Below, piece by piece: positions 20,759-29,251 of a stretch of DNA of 64,000 nt. The notes under the pieces were generated by a model. The model did not search any database, was not told the origin of the DNA, and saw nothing but the letters and a program-made list of their open reading frames with translations. Location of the stretch: positions 992,001-1,056,000 of the forward strand of contig CAXXJJ010000001.1 of assembly GCA_963667015.2 (NCBI GenBank), in the 5' to 3' direction. The stretch's first letter is position 1, and each line of letters opens with the position of its first letter. This stretch comes from Desulfatiglandales bacterium (GTDB lineage: Bacteria; Desulfobacterota; DSM-4660; Desulfatiglandales; HGW-15). The position numbers and the translations under genes were made by a program.

Positions 20759-20988
20759 GCTGCCTCCAAAGGTATGACTTGATTATCCAGATTTATTGCG
20801 GCAAATGCCAATGCCTGCCTGATATCCTCTTGTTCCAATTCAGGATATTCAGAATGTAATTCATCCCAATCCGGATAAAGAGACAATGACTCCAAGACTC
20901 TGCGAACGGTTAAACGCATTCCCCTTATACACGGTTGCCCGTTCATAATCTCAGGATTTATGGTAATTCTCTCCAGTTTTTCTTTCAT
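20755..20988 (-). CDS. DUF433 antitoxin
   Basis: RITINPEIMNGQPCIRGMRLTV..YPELEQEDIRQALAFA. Confidence 0.9.
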   Translation of the reverse strand: MKEKLERITINPEIMNGQPCIRGMRLTVRRVLESLSLYPDWDELHSEYPELEQEDIRQALAFAAINLDNQVIPLEAA

Positions 20989-21112
20989 ATGGTTTGTCTC
21001 CCCTGTAGGTTTAAATAACGAATGACCTTTTTATAACCAGAAAATAAACAATAACTAATTGTGATCAATATGACAAGCCGGATTTAACACATAAGGAAAA
21101 TGGGATTAGCTT

Positions 21113-21292
21113 ATGCCCAGGATTGCTAGAATAGTTGTAAAGGGTGAATCCGCTGTTTATCATGTCATGTCCAGGACTGCCCTGGAGGGTTTTGTGCTGG
21201 GGGATATTGAAAAGGCATATCTAATTGAATTAATTAAAAAAACAGTAGCGTCTATTGTAATCTCGGGTGGACGTCCTTACATATTAAAATAA
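21113..21292 (+). pseudogene. N-terminal fragment of a second RAYT subtype
   Basis: MPRIARIVVKGESAVYHVMSRTALEGF.. then stop after 59 codons; no HUH motif retained. Confidence 0.7.
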
Positions 21293-21418
21293 CTCAATAA
21301 ATGCTGTGAAATTAAGGCTGTAGAAGATGTTAATCTTTTACAGCTTTTTTTAGCCACTAAGGCACGAAGACACAAAGAGTTTAAAGCTAGAAGTCAGAGA
21401 AAAAATAGGCTGAAGCGT

Positions 21419-21472
21419 TTCACCCTGTTAAATGCTGCTTCGCAGCCCGCTTTGCGGATTTAACAGGGTAAA
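21419..21472 (+). repeat. Y-shaped REP-like hairpin mini-element, copy 2
   Basis: Identical to 12672-12725 except one T/C. Confidence 0.9.
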
Positions 21473-21512
21473 GACTATAGGCTTTTAGGAAAAGCGAAGA
21501 AAGCAATTTGGA

Positions 21513-21547
21513 CTTGCCTTCGCTTTAATGAGCTTCGGCAAGGCAGG
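21513..21547 (+). repeat. 35-bp REP-like hairpin element, copy 2
   Basis: CTTGCCTTCGCTTTAATGAGCTTCGGCAAGGCAGG. Confidence 0.85.
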
Positions 21548-21599
21548 CTTTGTATGATGTTTTTTTATTTTAATTCAGTGTGACAGTGTGTGTCTATGG

Positions 21600-22004
21600 C
21601 TACTTAAGTATTTCCAGTTTAAGTCCTTCAATTCTGTTGAATTGTCTTGTATTAAAAGTGGCTATAGAAAAATCATTAGCCAGTGCTGTGGCGCCGATAA
21701 TCAGGTCGTGTGCTCCAATTTTAATTCCTTTGTTAAGTAAATTGGCCCATAGTTTTGAATATACTCTTGATATTTCCAGGTCAAACGGAAAAATATAAAA
21801 TGTTTCAATTATTTTTTCGACAAATTCTGATCTTTTAGACCGGCGGGATTCAGTATCTGCCCGGTGAACACCATGAAGCAGTTCAGCAACCGATACAGTG
21901 CTGAGACCAAAATTATCATTCTCCCGACCTGATATAAAAGCATTTAAATCAAGTCTACCTTTTTCATACTCAATTAGAATGCTAGTATCCAGGATTATGC
22001 CCAA
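21600..22004 (-). CDS. vapC: PIN-domain VapC toxin
   Basis: ILDTSILI..SVAEL..GAHDLIIGATA..TFN. Confidence 0.9.
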   Translation of the reverse strand: MGIILDTSILIEYEKGRLDLNAFISGRENDNFGLSTVSVAELLHGVHRADTESRRSKRSEFVEKIIETFYIFPFDLEISRVYSKLWANLLNKGIKIGAHDLIIGATALANDFSIATFNTRQFNRIEGLKLEILK

Positions 22005-22276
22005 TTTACTTCTTCCGGCATTTCTGGTTGTTCATCATTTAATGATTTTAAATCTCTGGAAAATGAATCAAGTTCATCTCCAAGGTTCGGCAGCTGTTCA
22101 AGTAATGTTTTTAAATCCTTAAGAGAGGTTATCTGTTTTTCATCCTGAACCGGTAATATGCGGGCTACCGGTTTGCCGCTTCTTTTTATTATATAATGCT
22201 CGCCTCCAAACTTTATTTTGTTCAGTATGGTTGAGAAATCTCTAACAACCTCTGTTGCTGATATGACTTTTTCCAT
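21995..22276 (-). CDS. Phd/YefM antitoxin
   Basis: ISATEVVRDFSTILN..IIKRSGKPVARILP. Confidence 0.85.
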   Translation of the reverse strand: MEKVISATEVVRDFSTILNKIKFGGEHYIIKRSGKPVARILPVQDEKQITSLKDLKTLLEQLPNLGDELDSFSRDLKSLNDEQPEMPEEVNWA

Positions 22277-22480
22277 AATATTTACCTTTTATTTTACGTA
22301 AATTATATATAATACATATTTTGTGTAATTATTACATATTGTCAAGAAAAATGAAAAGCTGTAAACCTGAAACGCCAGGACACTAAGGACGCAAAGGTCT
22401 CAGTACTGAAACTTAAAATCAGTGAAAATATAGCCACTAAGGCATCACGTCTCTAAGAAAAGCAATTTGGACAGGATTAA

Positions 22481-22516
22481 CCATGTAGAAATATTCTTCG
22501 AATTTCACATGGTAGG
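22481..22516 (+). repeat. 36-bp hairpin element (second copy at 13043-13078)
   Basis: CCATGTAGAAAT..ATTTCACATGG-TAGG sitting between CAGGATTAA and CAGGATATA units. Confidence 0.75.
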
Positions 22517-22773
22517 CAGGATATATATGATTTTTTTTATCACATTCCGGACGAAAGTGATAAATATCACGTTTTAAAACTCTATAGTCCTGAAGGGCGA
22601 TTAAAAGGGGACAGGCAAATAATACTTTATTTCATACAGCAGTCGTAATGTTGGATGCCACAAAGACATCCGCCTTCGCTAAATACAAATGCTTCAGTCT
22701 TCGCTAAAGATACACCCCGACATGATGGAGGAACAGCCAAAGTCACTAAGAAAAAACATTTTTTTAATTTTCT

Positions 22774-23019
22774 ATGATGGAAACAATTGGAAGCCTTATC
22801 GAAATATATGAAACACAGCATGTTAATGAGGTAGACGGAAGCCCTCTTTATGCTCTGAACGCTTTAATGTTAGATCATGACTTGAAGCAATCTGATCTCT
22901 CTGAAATCGGTAGCCAGGGAGTTGTATCAGAAATATTATCCGGTAAACGGCAGTTAAATATCCGTCAAATAAAAATGTTAAGTAATCGCTTTAAGGTATC
23001 TCCGGCTGTTTTTATTTGA
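22774..23019 (+). pseudogene. higA: HigA-type HTH antitoxin, 5'-truncated orphan
   Basis: LMLDHDLKQSDLSEIGSQGVVSEILSGKRQLNIRQI..RFKVSPAVF; N-terminal part and toxin missing. Confidence 0.75.
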
Positions 23020-23055
23020 TAAGAAGGCGGAAATCGGAGATCAGAAGGTCGTATG

Positions 23056-23457
23056 TCAAGGTTCTATCCTGTTAATATTGAATTTATCAAAATCACGGTC
23101 ATAACTGTACAGGATATTCTGTTTATCTCCATCCATACATGAAATGAGATAACAATCTACAATTTCCAGATTTGTTGTTTTCCATAGGTCAAGTGTGCAC
23201 AGTACTATTTTCTTTTCTTTTATCCTGATCCCTTTATATCTTAAAAGCTTTAACAACCCCTCAACGATTTTTTCTTTGGGTATCTGATAAAAACTTTTGA
23301 GTACAAAAATCACCTGAAATAAAACAATCAGCTTCAATTCAACGTTAATCTCACCTTTTTCTATCGAGTTGAAAAACGAATACAGGTTTTGATATTTAAT
23401 ATTATTGTCGGCCATAAGAAATCGTAAAATCACATTGGTATCAATTAAAGATATCAT
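23056..23457 (-). CDS. vapC: PIN-domain VapC toxin
   Basis: LIDTNVILRFL..IVDCYL..YSYDRDF; ATGA overlap with antitoxin. Confidence 0.85.
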   Translation of the reverse strand: MISLIDTNVILRFLMADNNIKYQNLYSFFNSIEKGEINVELKLIVLFQVIFVLKSFYQIPKEKIVEGLLKLLRYKGIRIKEKKIVLCTLDLWKTTNLEIVDCYLISCMDGDKQNILYSYDRDFDKFNINRIEP

Positions 23458-23753
23458 TTTCCCCAACCCTCAGTGAAACCTTTTTCAGTTGCATTCAATA
23501 TTTCTTCTTTGTTTACCTTTTTACTTTCCTGGGCATAATTTTTAAAAATACCAAACAGATCATCTGTAAGTGATTTCTGCTTTTTTATTTTTGTCACAGG
23601 TTTCAGTAAAATGCCGTTTTCAGTGGGTAATACCTCAATATTATCCCCTATATCAATATTGTATTTTTTTCTAAGTATTACAGGGATAACAACCTGACCT
23701 TTCGGAAAAACCTTCATTTCTATTTTTTCGGTTGATTTTGATATTGAAGTCAT
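23454..23753 (-). CDS. AbrB/MazE-fold antitoxin
   Basis: KVFPKGQVVIPVILRKKYNIDIGD..ILLKP. Confidence 0.9.
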   Translation of the reverse strand: MTSISKSTEKIEMKVFPKGQVVIPVILRKKYNIDIGDNIEVLPTENGILLKPVTKIKKQKSLTDDLFGIFKNYAQESKKVNKEEILNATEKGFTEGWGK

Positions 23754-24685
23754 TATTTATCTCCCCAGTTTATGGTTATACTCAATAAATTAATATAGTA
23801 TAACGGTTGTGTCAAGCTATACTCCCAGGTGGTGCTTTAATGAACAGGTTAAAGATGAGTATTTGGAAGACATTCACCTTTGTCCCGAGATTACTGAGGA
23901 CAGGGGAATCAGGAAAACTGTAATTCAGAGATCCGAGGCCACTAAGTCACTAAGGCACAAAGTGGAGGAAAGTGAAGCCAGAAATCAGAGGTCTGTGTGA
24001 AATGCAGGCTGCTGTCGTCGCTAAGACTTCGCCGTGCCAGGGTAGGTTATTAGTGAAAGCAAGAAAAAGCAAGATAGCAGATGGCTGACAATGCCTGTAC
24101 GTAAAATACTACAGGTTTTTTTATGCTTTTTTTTGTTTCTGAAGAGCTCAATATCTTATCTAAATCAAATTCAATAAAAATTATGTTTAGACTTTTTTAA
24201 AATAAAATAAGTATTTAATTGATATCATTCGGAAAGTCAGGATGATCAGGATATATAGATTTTTGTGCCAGGCAATTCTGATGTTGCCCTTAAAATTTAA
24301 TCGAAATATTTATTTTTCAATGAGAGCTAAGAATCGTTGAAATATTGACAGGTTATCACGATAATGTATGTTTTTACCTTCATTATGCCAATATGTTGTA
24401 TGTTTTTTTCTTTTTTATGAAAATCTAACTTGAAATAGGTTTATGCTTATGCTAACAATCTCTAACTAAATGCACGTCTTATAAGAGGGACAACAAAAAA
24501 ACTATTTAACTGTTGAAGAGATATCTTTTTGCAATGGATTTACTCCTCACTGCTCAAAATCCTGTGGATTATAATGAATCCCTGTTAAAACGGAATTCTA
24601 TCGGCTGTTTTCACTGCACACCTTTTTACGATATTTCTATAAACTATATCCATAATGGATTTTTTAATAAAAATATCCGGCGGTA

Positions 24686-24701
24686 TGGTTTGAAATTTGC
24701 A
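24686..24701 (+). promoter_or_regulatory. Putative sigma-54 promoter
   Basis: TGGTTT-GAAAT-TTGCA, GG-N10-GC, about 140 bp upstream of 24842. Confidence 0.5.
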
Positions 24702-24841
24702 TTGATAGGTCTGTGATCAACTGAATATAGACATTAATTCACATTCGGGCAGATCGATTTGTATATCGTGAAGCGTTTAATCCAGAATTTCATTTTTGAA
24801 TATGTTCATATAGAAAAGCTAAAAGTCAGGGAAGACGGTAG

Positions 24842-26416
24842 ATGAACATTGTTAAAATCAGTGCTGCAGAAACAAGAACCAAAGTGTTAATAACAATGCT
24901 ATTGGCATTCGGTTTTATTTTTTTTGGCTTCAATTCAATTTCTCTCGCAAAGGATGTTACTCTTCAATGGGATGCGAATTCTGAACCTGACCTGGCAGGC
25001 TACAGGGTTTATTATAAAGCAAATTCTTCAGGCCAGCCATCAGGTGATTATGATACTGTTGTTGATGCGGGAAATACGACATCAAAGACAATAGAGGGCC
25101 TGGAAGATGATATTGTTTATTATTTTGCAGTAACCGCATATGATACATCCGGTCTTGAAAGTGATTTTTCCAATGAAATTACGACTGCTCCAGTAGTTAC
25201 CTTACCCGATGAGGGAAGCTCCCCAAATCTAATGACAGCAGGAACCGAACCGGACAGTATTGTACTGTATGCCCAGGGCGGATATTTTCCAGATAGTTAT
25301 TACTGGGCGCTTGCCTCGAATAGTGTAGGTTCACTAAGCGCAAATGGACGGACTGCGATTTTTGCATCACCGGAAAATATCCCTGGAGAAATCGCTACCG
25401 CCACTGTAGAATTAAGGAATGGTGGTGTGGTAGTGGGGCAACAGTTAATAACAATCTATAATCCCGTTGCAATAACCAATAAAATAGATTCAGATCAGAC
25501 AGTATTTGCGGGGGAGCCGATTACGTTTTCTGTTCAGGGTGGGGATGGAACCTATACATGGACGATAACAAAAGATGGAGGACTGGTTGGTCTGTATTCC
25601 GGGGAAAGTTGTCCATTCAATGCAACTGCTGGGATATACACTATAACTGTCTCTGATGGGAATAATTTTATCGATTCGTTCAGTGTGAATGTTATTGATA
25701 ATACATCTTCATCTTCCAACACTGGTAACGAAGATGAAGATACTTCAACTGCATCATCTACAGGCACTGTTTCAGGCTACATCGTAGATGATGAGGAGGG
25801 TAGAGGGATAGAGAACGCAGAGGTGAATCTCTGGTTTCAAAATCAACTTTGCGGAAGCACTGTCACAACAAGTGATGGTTTCTTTTCTTTTGAGAATGTC
25901 CCTGATGCTGATAACTTAAATTATTCAGAAGTATCCAGTACCTTATTATATGAGATTATAACTGATCATGATTATCCGGTAATCATAACGCTTTCCTTTG
26001 ACTTATCATTAATCGATCCTGGTGATTTTGAGGCCGGTAAAGCTGTAATTTACCGGGCAGATACAATAGATGATTTTACCTCCGGCGTAAACCTTGAGAC
26101 AGTCAATGTCGATGATATAATCAGTTCCGATTATGAAGGAGATGGTTCAACCGGACTGATTGAGTTTTACGCAGATTCACCGTCAATATTTGGTATTGGT
26201 TTTTCCGACGAATCTTCAATTTCAGTAGGCAGTATATCCACTCAAACTCCTTCAGATAGTGGTGGAGGTGGCGGAGGCGGTTGCTTTATTTCTACTTTAG
26301 CAGATACATCTGGTGATACTTCCGGGTTCCAAAGAGTACTTATTCTGTTTGGGGTTGTTGTGTTACTTGGGTTATTGGGTTGGAAGTTCAAAAATGAAAG
26401 TATGAAAAAAGCATAG
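24842..26416 (+). CDS. Surface protein: signal peptide, FN3 domain, Ig-like repeats, C-terminal GGGG-CFI box and TM anchor
   Basis: VTLQWDANSEPDLAGYRVYY..YYFAVTAYD..ESDFSNE; SGGGGGGGCFISTL followed by hydrophobic helix and basic tail. Confidence 0.8.
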   Translation: MNIVKISAAETRTKVLITMLLAFGFIFFGFNSISLAKDVTLQWDANSEPDLAGYRVYYKANSSGQPSGDYDTVVDAGNTTSKTIEGLEDDIVYYFAVTAYDTSGLESDFSNEITTAPVVTLPDEGSSPNLMTAGTEPDSIVLYAQGGYFPDSYYWALASNSVGSLSANGRTAIFASPENIPGEIATATVELRNGGVVVGQQLITIYNPVAITNKIDSDQTVFAGEPITFSVQGGDGTYTWTITKDGGLVGLYSGESCPFNATAGIYTITVSDGNNFIDSFSVNVIDNTSSSSNTGNEDEDTSTASSTGTVSGYIVDDEEGRGIENAEVNLWFQNQLCGSTVTTSDGFFSFENVPDADNLNYSEVSSTLLYEIITDHDYPVIITLSFDLSLIDPGDFEAGKAVIYRADTIDDFTSGVNLETVNVDDIISSDYEGDGSTGLIEFYADSPSIFGIGFSDESSISVGSISTQTPSDSGGGGGGGCFISTLADTSGDTSGFQRVLILFGVVVLLGLLGWKFKNESMKKA

Positions 26417-26648
26417 TGCCAAGCGCATAGAGCATAGGGAAGAAAATAGCGAAGGCAGAAGTCAGTTGAAAAAAGGCTAATCTTGCCACTAAGGCACCAA
26501 GTCACAAAGAAAAACAATAAAACCTTCAAAAAAATAAAAAAACGTTGTTCGACAGGCCTGCCCTGGCGTGACAAAGTGTCTTGTTCTGTTTGGATAATCT
26601 TATTGGAGGATACAGAAATGAGCTCCCAATTAAATATACCACGTCTAG

Positions 26649-28641
26649 CCCGACTTTCGCTATTAGAGGGCTATAAAAAAATAACCCATTGAAAACAGGG
26701 GGTAAAATTTAAAAAGTCTTCACTACAGACGTATCTGATCCCATCGATATTTCAGGTGGAGGCTGGGGAGGTAATTTAAATTTGAGCCTGTCCAGAAGGA
26801 GTTGTTGGGCCTTGTCAGGTCTGGTATACCTGGACATTCTCAACTCTCGGCCATCGGTGGTTGGAACATGCACATCTATCATCTGAATGACTTTCAGCTG
26901 TTCCAGAATCGATCGAGGTGTCAGGCCAGGTGCGTATGTCCGGGCCAGCTTACGAAGAGTCACATGCAGGCAATATGCAAGAAATGATACAAATATATGA
27001 GCATCTATTCGTTCTTCAAGCTGGTGATATATTGGCCGAACCGATAAGTCTCCTTTCAAATTACGAAAAGCTTCCTCCACTTCCGTCAACAATATGTACT
27101 GCTCCCACAACTTCCCAGGCTCAGCACCACTCTGGTTGGTCCGCAAGAGGTATCTTCCATCTCGCCTGTAAAGCTTACGATATCTGCTGAGATTAATCCT
27201 CCAGAAAAATGTATCTTCATTGACTGGCTCGTTTATACCGGGAATCGTTATATCCAGCACACGTGCAAAACGGCCTGCATCCTTTTCTGCGGCTCCTATC
27301 TTTTTAAGCAGTTTATCCCTGTCTATTGTTTTTTGACTCCTTAACTCTTTCAGCCTGGATATAAAACGCATTAGTTTGCCCAGACGGATACCCCTTTCCT
27401 TTTTACGACGATCATCACTTTCTGCAAGGATGTAGAGATCTTTGTCTTCTGATAAGAACTTTACCCTTACCTTTTCTCTTACTTTATTCCATGGCTTTTC
27501 CGAAAGCGCTGTTTCATACCGGGACAGATGTCCCCGGGGTGTCCCTACCAGATAATATACCGGAGACTCTGATTCACGCATCTCCTTTAGAACCTCTTCG
27601 GTTGGTATCCCTCTGTCCATAATCCAGATGCGGTCAGCAGTTCCATAGCACCTGCCTATGTGTTCAAGCATCCCGCGTAATGTCTGTTTGTCCTGTGTAT
27701 TTCCGGGCAACACTTCATATGCAAGGGGAAATCCTTCAGGTGTAACCACCAGGGCTATGACTACCTGCACGCAATCATTACGTTTGTCTCTGCTATAACC
27801 AAACTGTCTCTTTCCCTGAAAGGGCGGATTACTTTCAAAATATGTACTGGTCAGATCGTACAAAAGAATTTCAAATTTTGTATCAAACAGATTTTCCCAT
27901 TTCTTTCTTAAATGCCTGAACAGCTCATCTTTATGTTCCAAAAGCTTATCATGACATCTGTACAATGTATCTTTTCCTGCTATCCTGAAGTCTTCTCCCA
28001 GCAGATCCCCCATGGCGCTATTATCATACCAATATCTGTGAAGACGCCATTCGCTGCCAGGGTCAATTAAACGGTATGTTACTAGGGTTTGGAGTACATT
28101 GCGCCACCTTGTACCTTTTCTACTTATACCTAATCGATCTTTCCAGAACTCCGATAATCCTAAAAGCTTCCATAGTTCACAGGCAAGCCAACAGGCTCCC
28201 CATTGCCTTGGACGGCTAAGCTCCAGCTTGCTCATTATTAACTGAACGCTGTTTTCAACTCCTTCCGGGATTTCTCTGTCCTCAGGAAACAAGGACATCT
28301 GCCGGTTCTCTTTGCCTTCAACAATTTCTATAGCCCTGGTCCATCCGGTTTTCTGACTGTCGTTGATTTCTCCCAGGTACAATAAAGTCTTTTGCACACT
28401 TCTGCCATCTCTTACTCGTCGGCTTTCGACAACGCTGTAATATCGGTGTGTCTTTCCGTCTTTTCTTCGGTTTGTTGATCTTAGGTACATACCCACATTC
28501 TCGCAACCATTATCATATATTGCAAGGGGGTAGGTCTTCACTACAACCGGTTTTCAAATCCTCACTATCGTGTTTTCAATTACTTACAGCTTAAAATATC
28601 GTGCTTTTTGTCAATTTCTTCCCCGAATAGCGAAAGTCGGG
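26649..28641 (-). mobile_element. IS1634-family insertion sequence
   Basis: Perfect 16-bp TIRs CCCGACTTTCGCTATT/AATAGCGAAAGTCGGG; flanks CTAG/CTAA; direct repeat GTCTTCACTACA at 26716 and 28534. Confidence 0.9.
26709..28490 (-). CDS. IS1634 DDE transposase
   Basis: LYDLTSTYFE, GYSRDKR, IMDRG, VEEAFRNLK, RPIYHQ; start placed at MYLRSTNRRKDGK. Confidence 0.92.
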   Translation of the reverse strand: MYLRSTNRRKDGKTHRYYSVVESRRVRDGRSVQKTLLYLGEINDSQKTGWTRAIEIVEGKENRQMSLFPEDREIPEGVENSVQLIMSKLELSRPRQWGACWLACELWKLLGLSEFWKDRLGISRKGTRWRNVLQTLVTYRLIDPGSEWRLHRYWYDNSAMGDLLGEDFRIAGKDTLYRCHDKLLEHKDELFRHLRKKWENLFDTKFEILLYDLTSTYFESNPPFQGKRQFGYSRDKRNDCVQVVIALVVTPEGFPLAYEVLPGNTQDKQTLRGMLEHIGRCYGTADRIWIMDRGIPTEEVLKEMRESESPVYYLVGTPRGHLSRYETALSEKPWNKVREKVRVKFLSEDKDLYILAESDDRRKKERGIRLGKLMRFISRLKELRSQKTIDRDKLLKKIGAAEKDAGRFARVLDITIPGINEPVNEDTFFWRINLSRYRKLYRRDGRYLLRTNQSGAEPGKLWEQYILLTEVEEAFRNLKGDLSVRPIYHQLEERIDAHIFVSFLAYCLHVTLRKLARTYAPGLTPRSILEQLKVIQMIDVHVPTTDGRELRMSRYTRPDKAQQLLLDRLKFKLPPQPPPEISMGSDTSVVKTF

Positions 28642-29251
28642 CTAACCAGTGGCTGTTTCAATGGATAGTCCTTTTCTATCTGACTCAAAAGTACACATTG
28701 ATTTGCTTTATGCCCTTTTGGGGAGATGAAATTTGGTAAGGTAGAGATGATATGCAGATATGAAAAAAATCAGGAAATCATACTGTAACATGTAACTGTG
28801 TCACGTTACATATCGGTAAATATGTTACACGCGTTACATTTTGAAATAGGATATAATTACATATCCGCTTATCATTTTTGTGTTTTTTAAAGGGAATCCT
28901 CTATTTTTGTGATTAAAATATTTTAGAGCGACGAGCTGAATTTCAAGATAAAATCACTACCCATATTGCAGAGCAATTCAGCAGCGCAGAGTGAAAAATT
29001 AGTGATGTAAAGGCAATGTGAATATAGTAATAAGATGTATTTGAAAAAGCTGTAATCAAAGAAATACGGGCAATTCAGCCTACTCTCCTTTTTCGCAGTT
29101 TTTAAAAGCCGCCCTGTTTTATATCCCGCATATCAATATACCTGAGGATTTTTTGTCGCCCCTTCGCCATTAATCACAAGTATGATTTTCATAGTATTGG
29201 AACATTTTCAGTATGTTAGAAAATCAGCTTCATATCCCCTTTGAATAAATC

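Noticed and set aside
16079..23753. Integron/CALIN interpretation of the TA array
   Set aside because: No IntI, cassettes face both ways, and no paired RYYYAAC...GTTRRRY attC hairpins were found; TTGTTGTGT at about 17158 has no matching partner.
12604..26510. CRISPR array
   Set aside because: Repeats are irregularly spaced, of several types, and lack constant-length unique spacers; no cas genes.
12410..28641. Composite transposon formed by the two IS1634 ends
   Set aside because: The ends and transposase C-termini are clearly divergent and the flanks do not form a shared TSD.
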